Shown here piece after piece: positions 55,070 to 64,000 of a stretch of 64,000 bases of DNA. Position numbers and translations under genes: made by a program. The notes under the pieces are model-generated. The model worked only from the letters and a program-made list of their open reading frames with translations, was not told where the DNA came from and did not search any database. Position 1 is the stretch's first letter, and each line of letters starts with the position of its first letter. This DNA comes from an uncultured delta proteobacterium (GTDB lineage Bacteria > Desulfobacterota > Binatia > UBA9968), in contig CAVXEP010000012.1 of NCBI GenBank assembly GCA_963760795.1, positions 1 to 64,000 of the forward strand, in the 5' to 3' direction.

Positions 55070-57162
55070 ACGTCATCATCCGACTTGCCGTCAAATTTGG
55101 CGATAATGCCTTCAGCAACCGCCGAGGGAACAGGTTCATAATGGGAAAACTGCATCGTGTAAGTTGCCCGCCCTTGCGTCATCGAACGCACGTCCGTAGC
55201 GTAACCGAACATCTGCGCCAACGGCACCCGCGCATCGATCGCCTGGGCGGCCGGCCGGGTGTCCATACCAAGCACCTTGCCGCGCCGCGAGCTCAAATCG
55301 CCGATCACATCGCCCATGAAATCTTCAGGAACAACGACTTCCACCGACATAATTGGCTCGAGGAGCACCGGACTGGCCTTACGTGCTGCCTGCTTGAAGG
55401 CCATCGAACCAGCGATTTTGAAGGCGATCTCTGAGGAGTCGACATCGTGATAGCTGCCGTCAAACAGGGTTACTTTAACATCGACCACGGGATAGCCGGC
55501 GAGCACCCCATTATCGAGCGCCTCGCGAATGCCCTTCTCGACCGCGGGGATATATTCGCGCGGGATCGATCCACCCTTGACGGCGTCGACGAACACAAAA
55601 CCGCCGCCGGTGGCTTGCGGTTCGAGCTTGATCCAGACATCGCCGTACTGACCGCGACCACCCGTCTGGCGCACGAAACGGCCCTGCTGCTCGACCGCCT
55701 TACGAACCGTCTCGCGATAGGCAACTTGAGGCTTGCCGACGCTGGCGCCGACGCTGAATTCACGGAGCAAACGATCGACGATGATTTCTAGATGCAACTC
55801 ACCCATGCCGGAAATAATTGTCTGGCCGGTTTCTTCGTCGGTGCGCACTCGGAACGACGGATCCTCGGTGGCCAGTTTCTGCAACGACAGGCCGAGCCTT
55901 TCTTGGTCGGCTTTACTCTTGGGTTCGATGGCGATTGATATGACCGGATCCGGGAAATCGATGGACTCAAGGACGATCGGCTTATCTTCATCGCACAGGG
56001 TGTCGCCGGTGGTCGCGGTTCTTAGGCCCACTGCCGCGGCGATATCCCCGGCGTAGACGTCTTTGATCTCTTCCCGCTTGTTGGCGTGCATCTTGAGCAG
56101 CCGGCCGACTCGTTCACGTTTAGTTTTCGTCGAGTTATAAATGCTCGCGCCGGAACTGATGGAGCCCGAATAAACCCGGAAAAACGTCAAGGTACCGACG
56201 AACGGGTCGGTCATGATTTTAAAAGCCAACGCGGAAAACGGCACGTCGTCCCGTGCCGGCCGTTCATCCGGCTTGTCGGTACCGGCAACGACGCCTTTGA
56301 CCGGGGGGATATCGACAGGCGACGGAAGAAAGTCCACCACCGCGTCAAGCATCGGCTGGATGCCCTTGTTGCGGAACGCAGTACCGCAGACTACTGGAAC
56401 TATTTTTAGAGCGAGCGTCGCCTTGCGAATCGCCGCGCGCAGTTCGGCTTCGCTGATCGGTTTGCCGTCGAGATATTTTTCCATCAACGCTTCTTCGGCA
56501 TCGGCGGCCGCCTCAATCAGTTTTTCACGATATTCCTCAGCCTGTTCCTTGACATCGGCGGGAATCTCCTCTTCATGAAACTTTGCGCCCAAACTCTCGT
56601 CTTCCCAGATCACCGCTTTCATGGTGATCAGATCGATGATACCGGTGAATTTATCTTCGGCACCGATGGGCAGCTGCATGACCGCCGGACGGGCGCCTAG
56701 CCGGGTCTCGATCATCTTGACCACACGGAAGAAATCAGCGCCAAGACGATCCATCTTGTTGATGAACGCGAGCCGTGGAACACCATACTTATCTGCCTGG
56801 CGCCAAACGGTTTCCGTCTGCGGTTCGACACCTCCCACCGAACAGAACACCGCCACCGCGCCGTCAAGGACGCGTAGCGAACGTTCGACTTCGATGGTGA
56901 AATCCACATGGCCCGGCGTATCGATGATGTTGACCCGGTGGTCGCGCCAGAAACAGGTGGTCGCCGCCGAAGTGATCGTGATGCCGCGCTCTTGCTCCTG
57001 AACCATCCAGTCCATCGTCGCGGTGCCGTCATGCACTTCACCGATCTTGTAATTGATCCCGGTGTAGTAGAGGATCCGCTCCGTAGTGGTGGTCTTACCG
57101 GCATCAATGTGGGCCATGATGCCGATGTTGCGGGTTTTCTCTAATGCGACGGTTCTAGCCAT
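55066..57162 (-). CDS. fusA: Elongation factor G
   Basis: '[21 protein letters not shown]', 'DTPGHVDF', 'GMGELHL'. Confidence 0.98.
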   Translation of the reverse strand: MARTVALEKTRNIGIMAHIDAGKTTTTERILYYTGINYKIGEVHDGTATMDWMVQEQERGITITSAATTCFWRDHRVNIIDTPGHVDFTIEVERSLRVLDGAVAVFCSVGGVEPQTETVWRQADKYGVPRLAFINKMDRLGADFFRVVKMIETRLGARPAVMQLPIGAEDKFTGIIDLITMKAVIWEDESLGAKFHEEEIPADVKEQAEEYREKLIEAAADAEEALMEKYLDGKPISEAELRAAIRKATLALKIVPVVCGTAFRNKGIQPMLDAVVDFLPSPVDIPPVKGVVAGTDKPDERPARDDVPFSALAFKIMTDPFVGTLTFFRVYSGSISSGASIYNSTKTKRERVGRLLKMHANKREEIKDVYAGDIAAAVGLRTATTGDTLCDEDKPIVLESIDFPDPVISIAIEPKSKADQERLGLSLQKLATEDPSFRVRTDEETGQTIISGMGELHLEIIVDRLLREFSVGASVGKPQVAYRETVRKAVEQQGRFVRQTGGRGQYGDVWIKLEPQATGGGFVFVDAVKGGSIPREYIPAVEKGIREALDNGVLAGYPVVDVKVTLFDGSYHDVDSSEIAFKIAGSMAFKQAARKASPVLLEPIMSVEVVVPEDFMGDVIGDLSSRRGKVLGMDTRPAAQAIDARVPLAQMFGYATDVRSMTQGRATYTMQFSHYEPVPSAVAEGIIAKFDGKSDDDV

Positions 57163-57176
57163 TGTCTTTACGCCGG

Positions 57177-57208
57177 AAAAAAAGGAGGCGGTCTAACCGC
57201 CTCCTTTT
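57177..57208 (-). terminator. Terminator-like hairpin between rpsG and fusA
   Basis: Minus strand AAAAGGAGGCGGT-TAG-ACCGCCTCCTTTTTTT. Confidence 0.55.
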
Positions 57209-57231
57209 ACGAACTCAAACTTAAATTTTAC

Positions 57232-57702
57232 TTACCAACGATAGTGTGCGAAGGCCCGATTGGCCTCAGCCATGCGATGCGTGTCTTCTTTTTTCTTGAT
57301 CGCGGTGCCGCGATTGCTTGCGGCATCGATCAATTCCGCCGCCAATTTTTCTTCCATCGATTTTTCGGCGCGGTCGCGAGCCGCATCGATGAGCCAGCGC
57401 ATACTCAACGACAAACGCCGCTGCGGCCGTACTTCAACGGGCACCTGATAGGTCGCGCCGCCGACACGGCGCGAACGGACCTCGACGGTGGGCCGGGTGT
57501 TCTCGATGGCACGTTTGAAGATACCCAAGGAATCTTCTTTGGTCCTGGCGGTAATGATATCGAGGCTATGATAGAGAATCGATTCCGCGACGCTTTTCTT
57601 GCCCTGATTCATGATCGTGTTGACAAACTTAGCCACGACCTTATCGCCGTACTTGGGATCTGGTAAAATTTCTCGTTTTCTTACTTCACCTTTACGCGGC
57701 AT
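57232..57702 (-). CDS. rpsG: 30S ribosomal protein S7
   Basis: '[11 protein letters not shown]', '[15 protein letters not shown]'. Confidence 0.98.
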   Translation of the reverse strand: MPRKGEVRKREILPDPKYGDKVVAKFVNTIMNQGKKSVAESILYHSLDIITARTKEDSLGIFKRAIENTRPTVEVRSRRVGGATYQVPVEVRPQRRLSLSMRWLIDAARDRAEKSMEEKLAAELIDAASNRGTAIKKKEDTHRMAEANRAFAHYRW

Positions 57703-57707
57703 AAATA

Positions 57708-58079
57708 TTACTTCGGTTTCTTAGCGCCATATTTGGAGCGGCTTTGACGGCGATCTTGAACCCCGATGGAATCCAGCGTGCCGCGGACAATATGATAACG
57801 TACTCCGGGTAGATCCTTGACGCGGCCGCCGCGAATCAAAACCACCGAGTGCTCCTGTAAGTTGTGACCGACACCGGGAATGTAGGAGGTCACTTCGATG
57901 CCATTGGTTAAGCGCACGCGGGCAACTTTACGCAGCGCCGAGTTGGGTTTCTTCGGTGTAGAGGTGTAGACACGAGTGCACACACCGCGTTTCTGCGGGC
58001 AGCTTTGGAGCGCCGGCGCGGTATTCTTACGACGCTGCTTCTCCCGGCTCTGACGCACTAATTGACTAATAGTTGGCAT
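57708..58079 (-). CDS. rpsL: 30S ribosomal protein S12
   Basis: '[11 protein letters not shown]', '[10 protein letters not shown]'. Confidence 0.98.
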   Translation of the reverse strand: MPTISQLVRQSREKQRRKNTAPALQSCPQKRGVCTRVYTSTPKKPNSALRKVARVRLTNGIEVTSYIPGVGHNLQEHSVVLIRGGRVKDLPGVRYHIVRGTLDSIGVQDRRQSRSKYGAKKPK

Positions 58080-58188
58080 ACTTAATTTTTTCTCATCGAT
58101 CTCGCTAGGATTCGGAGGAGCGAATCAAACCTCTCAGGCTCCCTAGCAAAATCCTTTATTTAACAAAATTATCCGCAAATGTCAAAGC

Positions 58189-61100
58189 TTAGGCTTCCGC
58201 TACCTCGTGCAATTGAGCCACGCCGTCTTCCACTTCGTCGATTTCGATCTCGGCCTTGGCATAGTTGGTCACCCCAGTGCCGGCAGGAATTAGCCGGCCC
58301 ATAATGACGTTCTCTTTCAAGCCGCGCAGCAAGTCGACTTTACCTTGGATCGCCGCCTCCGTAAGAACCTTTGTGGTCTCCTGGAACGACGCCGCGGAGA
58401 TAAAGCTTTCGGTAGATAACGACGCCTTGGTAATCCCCAGGAGGAGCGGCTCGGCGACCGCGGGCTTGCCATTTTCGGCAATGACCCGGTGGTTTTCGTC
58501 CTCGAAACGCCACTTCTCGATCTGGTCGCCGACCAAGAACTCGGCGTCGCCGACATCTTTGATGCGCACACGGCGCAACATTTGACGCACGATGACCTCG
58601 ATATGCTTATCGTTGATGCGCACGCCTTGGAGCCGGTAAATCTCTTGCACTTCATCGACGAGATACTTGGCCAAGGCCTTTTCGCCAAGAATGTTAAGAA
58701 TGTCGTGGGGATTGGACGAACCGTCCATCAACGCCTCGCCGGCGCGAATGCGGTCGCCGTCATGGACGCTGATATGCTTGCCTTTAGGAATCAAATACTC
58801 GCGCGCCTCGCCAACTTCCGGCGTGACCACGACTTTGCGTTTCCCCTTGGTGTCCTTACCGAAAGAGACCGCACCGTCGATCTCACTGATCACCGCGAAC
58901 TCTTTCGGCTTGCGCGCTTCGAAGAGTTCTGCCACCCGCGGCAAACCACCGGTGATGTCTTTGGTCTTGGTGGTTTCGCGCGGGATCTTCGCCAAGATAT
59001 CGCCGGCGAATACGTCCTGGCCATCTTGCACGTTGATATGCGCGCCCACCGGAATCAAATAACGCGCTTCCGCGGTGGCGGTAAGTCGGGTGGTCTGGCC
59101 TTGCGTGTCCTTGATCGAAATGCGCGGCCGCTTGTCGATATCTTTGGAGTCGATGATAACCTTGGTCGATAGCCCGGTGCGCTCATCGACCTTCTCTTCC
59201 ATGGTGATATTTTCGATAACGTCGCCGAACTTAACCGGGCCGCTCACCTCGGTGAGAATCGGGATTGTGTAGGGATCCCATTCTGCCAGCAGTTCGCCGG
59301 CTTTGATTTTAGCGCCGTCCTTCTTTTTAAGTTTCGCGCCGTAGACCACTGGATAGCGCTCGCGTTCCCGCACGCGACCCTTCTCGCCCTCGGGATAATC
59401 GACGATGGCAACTTCGCCGTTACGGTTCATAACGACGAAATCGCCGTCTTTGTTGGTCACGGTGTTGACGTTGATGAACTTGAGATTGCCGTCATTGCGC
59501 GCCTCTAACGTCGTCTGTTCAGCGCGCCGGCTTGCCGTACCGCCGATGTGGAAGGTCCGCATGGTCAACTGCGTTCCCGGCTCGCCGATGGATTGAGCAG
59601 CGGTGACTCCGACCGCTTCGCCCATATTGATCATATGACCACGGCCCAAGTCGCGGCCGTAGCACATGATACAAACGCCACGGCGGGACGCGCAGGTTAA
59701 GACGGAACGAATCTTGAGCCGCTCTAAACCCGCATCCTCGACCCGCTGGACCAATTCTTCGTTGATTTCTTGGTTGGCCTTGACGATGACTTCGCCGGTG
59801 AAGGGATCGATTACATCTTCCAGCGCTACGCGGCCGAGCACACGGTCGCCAAGCGGCTCGATCACTTCGCCGCCCTCCATGAGCGGCGTGATCTCGATGC
59901 CATCCATAGTACCGCAATCTTCTTCGCCGATGACGGCGTCCTGAGCGACGTCGACGAGACGACGCGTCAAGTAGCCGGAATTGGCGGTTTTCAAAGCCGT
60001 ATCCGCGAGACCCTTACGGGCGCCGTGGGTCGAGATAAAATACTGCAGCACGGTCAAACCTTCGCGGAAATTAGCCGTGATCGGGGTCTCGATGATTTCA
60101 CCGGAGGGTTTCGCCATCAAACCGCGCATACCGGCCAATTGGCGAATTTGCTGCGCGCTACCGCGGGCGCCGGAGTCAGCCATCATGAAAATCGGATTGA
60201 AGCTCGGCACCGTAAACTCGTGCCCTTGTTCGTCAGTAATCTTCTCCGAACCCAAGTCGCCAAGCATTTGATCGGCGATGCGGTCGGTGACCTCAGCCCA
60301 GATGTCGACCACTTTGTTATAGCGCTCGCCGTCGGTGATTAGCCCATTCTTGTATTGTTCCTCGATCTCACGCACGTCGTCATGGGCCTTCTTGAGCATC
60401 GCCTCTTTGGTCGGCGGAATCAGCATGTCTTTAATCGAGATCGAGATACCCGCCTTGGTGGCATGGTGATAGCCGACATCTTTTAGTCGATCGGCGAGAA
60501 TTACCGTCGCCTTGTTACCGGCCAGACGAAAGCTGATGTCGATCAGGTTCGCGAGCTCTTTCTTCTTCATCACCCGATTGACTTCCTTGAAAGGAATCAC
60601 TTCGGGAACGACATCGTAAAGCAGTACGCGGCCGGTGGTAGTGTCGACCCGTTCACCGTCGATGCGCACGGTGATCGGCGCCTGGAGATCCACTTCGCCT
60701 TGGTCGTAAGCGACGCGAACTTCGGTTGGACTGCTGAACAACCGGCCGCTGCCCTTGGCGTGCAAGCGGTCGCGGGTCATGTAATACAAGCCCAAGACGA
60801 TATCCTGCGTCGGTACAATGATCGGCTTACCATGGGCTGGCGATAAAATATTGTTGGTCGACATCATCAAGGTGCGAGCTTCAACTTGGGCTTCGACGGA
60901 CAACGGCACATGCACGGCCATTTGATCGCCGTCGAAATCGGCGTTGTAAGCGGCGCACACCAGCGGATGCAGTTGAATCGCCTTACCTTCGATCAAAATC
61001 GGCTCGAAGGCTTGGATGCCTAAACGATGCAGCGTCGGCGCCCGGTTGAGCAGCACGGGATGTTCGCGGATGACTTCATCGAGAATATCCCAGACTTCCG

Positions 61101-62316
61101 GCAACTCGCGCTCGACCATCTTTTTGGCGCTCTTGATCGTCGTCACATGGCCGCGCTCTTCGAGTTTGTTGTAAATAAACGGCTTGAAAAGCTCGAGGGC
61201 CATCTTTTTCGGCAGACCGCACTGATGCAAGCGCAACTCAGGACCGACGACGATTACCGAACGGCCCGAATAGTCGACGCGCTTGCCCAGCAAGTTCTGG
61301 CGGAAGCGGCCGGTTTTGCCCTTGAGCATCTCGCTCAAAGATTTGAGCGGCCGGCGGTTTTGGCCGGTAATCGCCCGGCCGCGGCGACCGTTGTCGAATA
61401 AGGCATCCACCGCTTCTTGCAGCATGCGCTTTTCGTTGCGGATGATCATGTCCGGCGCGCTCAATTCCATCAGCCGTTTGAGCCGGTTGTTGCGATTGAT
61501 GACGCGGCGATAGAGATCGTTTAAGTCCGAGGTCGCGAAACGGCCGCCGTCGAGGGGTACCAGGGGACGTAGGTCCGGTGGAATTACCGGAATCACTTCC
61601 ATCACCATCCACTCCGGACGGTTGCCCGAGGTCCGGAACGCGGTCAAAACTTTTAGGCGCTTGGCCATTTTCTTGCGCCGCACTTCAGAATTAGCGTCGC
61701 GCATTTCCTGGCGTAATTCGTCGGCGACCTTAGGGATATCGATCTCTTTGAGCAGCTTACGCACCGCCTCGGCGCCCATTCCCGCGACAAACTTGCCGCC
61801 GTACTCTTCGACCGCCTTGCGGTAGCGCGCCTCGGTCAAGAGTTCCTTGTATTGCAGCGGCGTCTCGCCTGGATCGACAACGATATAGGACTCGAAGTAG
61901 AGCACCTTCTCGATGTCTTTGAGCGACATGTCGAGCAGCGCGCCGATGCGGCTGGGCAGGCTTTTCAAAAACCAGATATGAACGACCGGCGTGGCCAGTT
62001 CGATATGGCCCATGCGCTCGCGCCGTACTTTGGACTGAATGACTTCGACGCCGCATTTCTCGCAGACCACGCCGCGATGGCGCATGCGTTTATACTTGCC
62101 ACAGTTGCACTCGTAATCCTTGGTCGGACCAAAGATCTTAGCGCAAAACAAACCATCGCGTTCCGGCTTGAAGGTCCGGTAGTTGATGGTCTCCGGCTTT
62201 TTTACTTCGCCATGGGACCAAGAGCGAATTTTTTCCGGCGAAGCGACGGAAACTTTGATCGCGTTAAAACTGAGCGGATTTTTCGGTTTTTCAAATAAAT
62301 TAAACAGATCTTCCAT
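58189..62316 (-). CDS. rpoC: RNA polymerase beta' subunit
   Basis: NADFDGD catalytic motif, '[19 protein letters not shown]'. Confidence 0.99.
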   Translation of the reverse strand: MEDLFNLFEKPKNPLSFNAIKVSVASPEKIRSWSHGEVKKPETINYRTFKPERDGLFCAKIFGPTKDYECNCGKYKRMRHRGVVCEKCGVEVIQSKVRRERMGHIELATPVVHIWFLKSLPSRIGALLDMSLKDIEKVLYFESYIVVDPGETPLQYKELLTEARYRKAVEEYGGKFVAGMGAEAVRKLLKEIDIPKVADELRQEMRDANSEVRRKKMAKRLKVLTAFRTSGNRPEWMVMEVIPVIPPDLRPLVPLDGGRFATSDLNDLYRRVINRNNRLKRLMELSAPDMIIRNEKRMLQEAVDALFDNGRRGRAITGQNRRPLKSLSEMLKGKTGRFRQNLLGKRVDYSGRSVIVVGPELRLHQCGLPKKMALELFKPFIYNKLEERGHVTTIKSAKKMVERELPEVWDILDEVIREHPVLLNRAPTLHRLGIQAFEPILIEGKAIQLHPLVCAAYNADFDGDQMAVHVPLSVEAQVEARTLMMSTNNILSPAHGKPIIVPTQDIVLGLYYMTRDRLHAKGSGRLFSSPTEVRVAYDQGEVDLQAPITVRIDGERVDTTTGRVLLYDVVPEVIPFKEVNRVMKKKELANLIDISFRLAGNKATVILADRLKDVGYHHATKAGISISIKDMLIPPTKEAMLKKAHDDVREIEEQYKNGLITDGERYNKVVDIWAEVTDRIADQMLGDLGSEKITDEQGHEFTVPSFNPIFMMADSGARGSAQQIRQLAGMRGLMAKPSGEIIETPITANFREGLTVLQYFISTHGARKGLADTALKTANSGYLTRRLVDVAQDAVIGEEDCGTMDGIEITPLMEGGEVIEPLGDRVLGRVALEDVIDPFTGEVIVKANQEINEELVQRVEDAGLERLKIRSVLTCASRRGVCIMCYGRDLGRGHMINMGEAVGVTAAQSIGEPGTQLTMRTFHIGGTASRRAEQTTLEARNDGNLKFINVNTVTNKDGDFVVMNRNGEVAIVDYPEGEKGRVRERERYPVVYGAKLKKKDGAKIKAGELLAEWDPYTIPILTEVSGPVKFGDVIENITMEEKVDERTGLSTKVIIDSKDIDKRPRISIKDTQGQTTRLTATAEARYLIPVGAHINVQDGQDVFAGDILAKIPRETTKTKDITGGLPRVAELFEARKPKEFAVISEIDGAVSFGKDTKGKRKVVVTPEVGEAREYLIPKGKHISVHDGDRIRAGEALMDGSSNPHDILNILGEKALAKYLVDEVQEIYRLQGVRINDKHIEVIVRQMLRRVRIKDVGDAEFLVGDQIEKWRFEDENHRVIAENGKPAVAEPLLLGITKASLSTESFISAASFQETTKVLTEAAIQGKVDLLRGLKENVIMGRLIPAGTGVTNYAKAEIEIDEVEDGVAQLHEVAEA

Positions 62317-62362
62317 ATCAGGATCACCTCCGGTGTGAGCGGCACAGCCGTACTGGGGTTAC

Positions 62363-64000
62363 CTACTTTTCTTCAACGAGATCGACATCCAAGCCTAGGC
62401 TTTGGAGCTCTTTCACCATGACGTTGAACGACTCGGGCAGTCCCGGTTCGAGCAGGTTGTCGCCTTTGACGATCGCCTCGTACATTCGGGTGCGCCCGAC
62501 GACATCGTCGGACTTGACCGTCAGCATCTCTTGCAAAGTATAGGCGGCGCCATAAGCCTCGAGCGCCCAGACCTCCATCTCGCCCAAACGCTGGCCGCCA
62601 AACTGGGCCTTACCGCCCAAGGGCTGTTGGGTAACGAGAGAGTAAGGTCCAGTCGAGCGCGCATGGATCTTGTCGTCGACCAAGTGATGCAGCTTCATGA
62701 TGTACATGACGCCGACAGTCACTTTGCCGTCGAAAGCTTCGCCGGTCCGGCCGTCGAACAAGGTCGCCTGGCCGCTAGCCGGCAAGCCGGCTTTGCGAAT
62801 TAAGTTAAAAATTTCTTCTTCCGCCGCCCCGTCAAATACTGGCGAAGCGATGCGCACGCCGTCGCGATATTTGGCCGCGAGCTTCAACACCTCGGCGTCT
62901 TTAGCACCGTCGATCAACTCGTTGGCATCGCGGGTATTCAAGTAGTCCTTCAAGCGCCGCCGCAGGGGATCGATATCGCCACCCTGCGCGCGTAACAAAT
63001 CGCCGATTTGGTGCCCCAAGCTACGTGCCGCCCAGCCCAAATGAGCCTCGAGAATTTGGCCGACGTTCATGCGCGACGGGACACCCAACGGATTCAACAC
63101 CACATCGACGGGAGTACCATCCTCTAAATACGGCATGTCCTCTTCGGGCAGGATGCGAGAAATGACACCCTTATTACCGTGCCGTCCGGCCATTTTGTCG
63201 CCCACTTGCAGCTTACGCTTGATGGCGACAAAGACTTTGACCATCTTGATGACGCCGGGGGGCAGCTCATCGCCGCCTTTGAGTTTTTCGATCTTGTCAT
63301 CGAAAGCATGCTTGATCAGGTTGACCTGAGTGGTCGTGCTCTCGATGATCCGGCCGAGTTCGCTTTCCACGGATTCATTATCGACTTGGATCTCACTCCA
63401 GTAGGACATCGGCAGCTGATCGAGATCCTCCTCGGTCACCTCCTGCCCCTTGTTGAGTAAGACCTTGCGGCTATCGTCGCTGATGCGGCTCGCCAAGCGC
63501 CGGCCAACCAGCAATTTTTTCAGCCGGCGGAGCGCACCTTCTTGGAGAATGCGCACTTCGTCATGCTGATCTTTACGTAGCCGGGTAACTTCTTCGTCCT
63601 CAATTGATCGGCTGCGCTCATCCTTGCCCAATCCTTTGCGCGAAAAAATCCTTACATTAATGACCGTGCCTTCGACGCCGGGGGGCACCCGCAGCGAGGT
63701 ATCGCGCACTTCGCCGGCCTTCTCGCCAAAGATCGCCCGCAACAGTTTTTCTTCCGGCGACAGTTGGGTTTCCCCCTTGGGGGTAATCTTGCCGACCAGG
63801 ATATGGCCCGGTTTAACCTCGGCGCCGATGCGAATGATGCCGCTCTCGTCGAGATCGGTAAGCGCCTCGTCGCCGACATTCGGAATATCCCGGGTGATTT
63901 CCTCGGGGCCTAATTTCGTGTCGCGCGACACGCACTCGAACTCTTCGATGTGGATCGATGTATAAATATCCTCTTTGACCACCCGTTCGTTGATGAGAAT
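62363..64000 (-). CDS. rpoB: RNA polymerase beta subunit (C-terminal part, runs off window)
   Basis: '[12 protein letters not shown]', '[18 protein letters not shown]'. Confidence 0.99.
   Translation of the reverse strand: MLINERVVKEDIYTSIHIEEFECVSRDTKLGPEEITRDIPNVGDEALTDLDESGIIRIGAEVKPGHILVGKITPKGETQLSPEEKLLRAIFGEKAGEVRDTSLRVPPGVEGTVINVRIFSRKGLGKDERSRSIEDEEVTRLRKDQHDEVRILQEGALRRLKKLLVGRRLASRISDDSRKVLLNKGQEVTEEDLDQLPMSYWSEIQVDNESVESELGRIIESTTTQVNLIKHAFDDKIEKLKGGDELPPGVIKMVKVFVAIKRKLQVGDKMAGRHGNKGVISRILPEEDMPYLEDGTPVDVVLNPLGVPSRMNVGQILEAHLGWAARSLGHQIGDLLRAQGGDIDPLRRRLKDYLNTRDANELIDGAKDAEVLKLAAKYRDGVRIASPVFDGAAEEEIFNLIRKAGLPASGQATLFDGRTGEAFDGKVTVGVMYIMKLHHLVDDKIHARSTGPYSLVTQQPLGGKAQFGGQRLGEMEVWALEAYGAAYTLQEMLTVKSDDVVGRTRMYEAIVKGDNLLEPGLPESFNVMVKELQSLGLDVDLVEEK

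Overview
64 kb of GC-rich bacterial chromosome in which every credible gene is on the minus strand. The housekeeping genes look deltaproteobacteria-like, possibly Candidatus Binatia (inference only). In transcription order (right to left): rpoB(partial)-rpoC, the str/S10/spc/alpha ribosomal superoperon (no tuf after fusA, no rpmD), cysD-cysNC, a few small accessory genes (cupin, HIBADH-family dehydrogenase, KptA-like RNA 2'-phosphotransferase, decayed DUF1801), argS-SPOR-trpDCFBA-folC-lptD, a cupin plus a type II secretion cluster in gspEFGHIJKLM-C-D order, a cofactor-maturation gene run (truncated yqeB, CoxD/CoxE, split XdhC, archaeal-type CTP-dependent riboflavin kinase, UbiX, type 2 IPP isomerase, two PNPOx-like flavin-binding proteins) and a MacAB-type ABC exporter. 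Many genes left of ~37 kb are broken by single-base indels, most likely long-read errors, so gene ends are reconstructed across frameshifts. Two observations stand out. (1) An apparently self-contained prenylated-FMN supply and maturation cassette sits directly downstream of molybdenum-hydroxylase maturation genes, with no client enzyme in the window. (2) The secretin appears to be split inside the N3 loop into two separately exported proteins, and the second probably carries a C-terminal SPOR domain.
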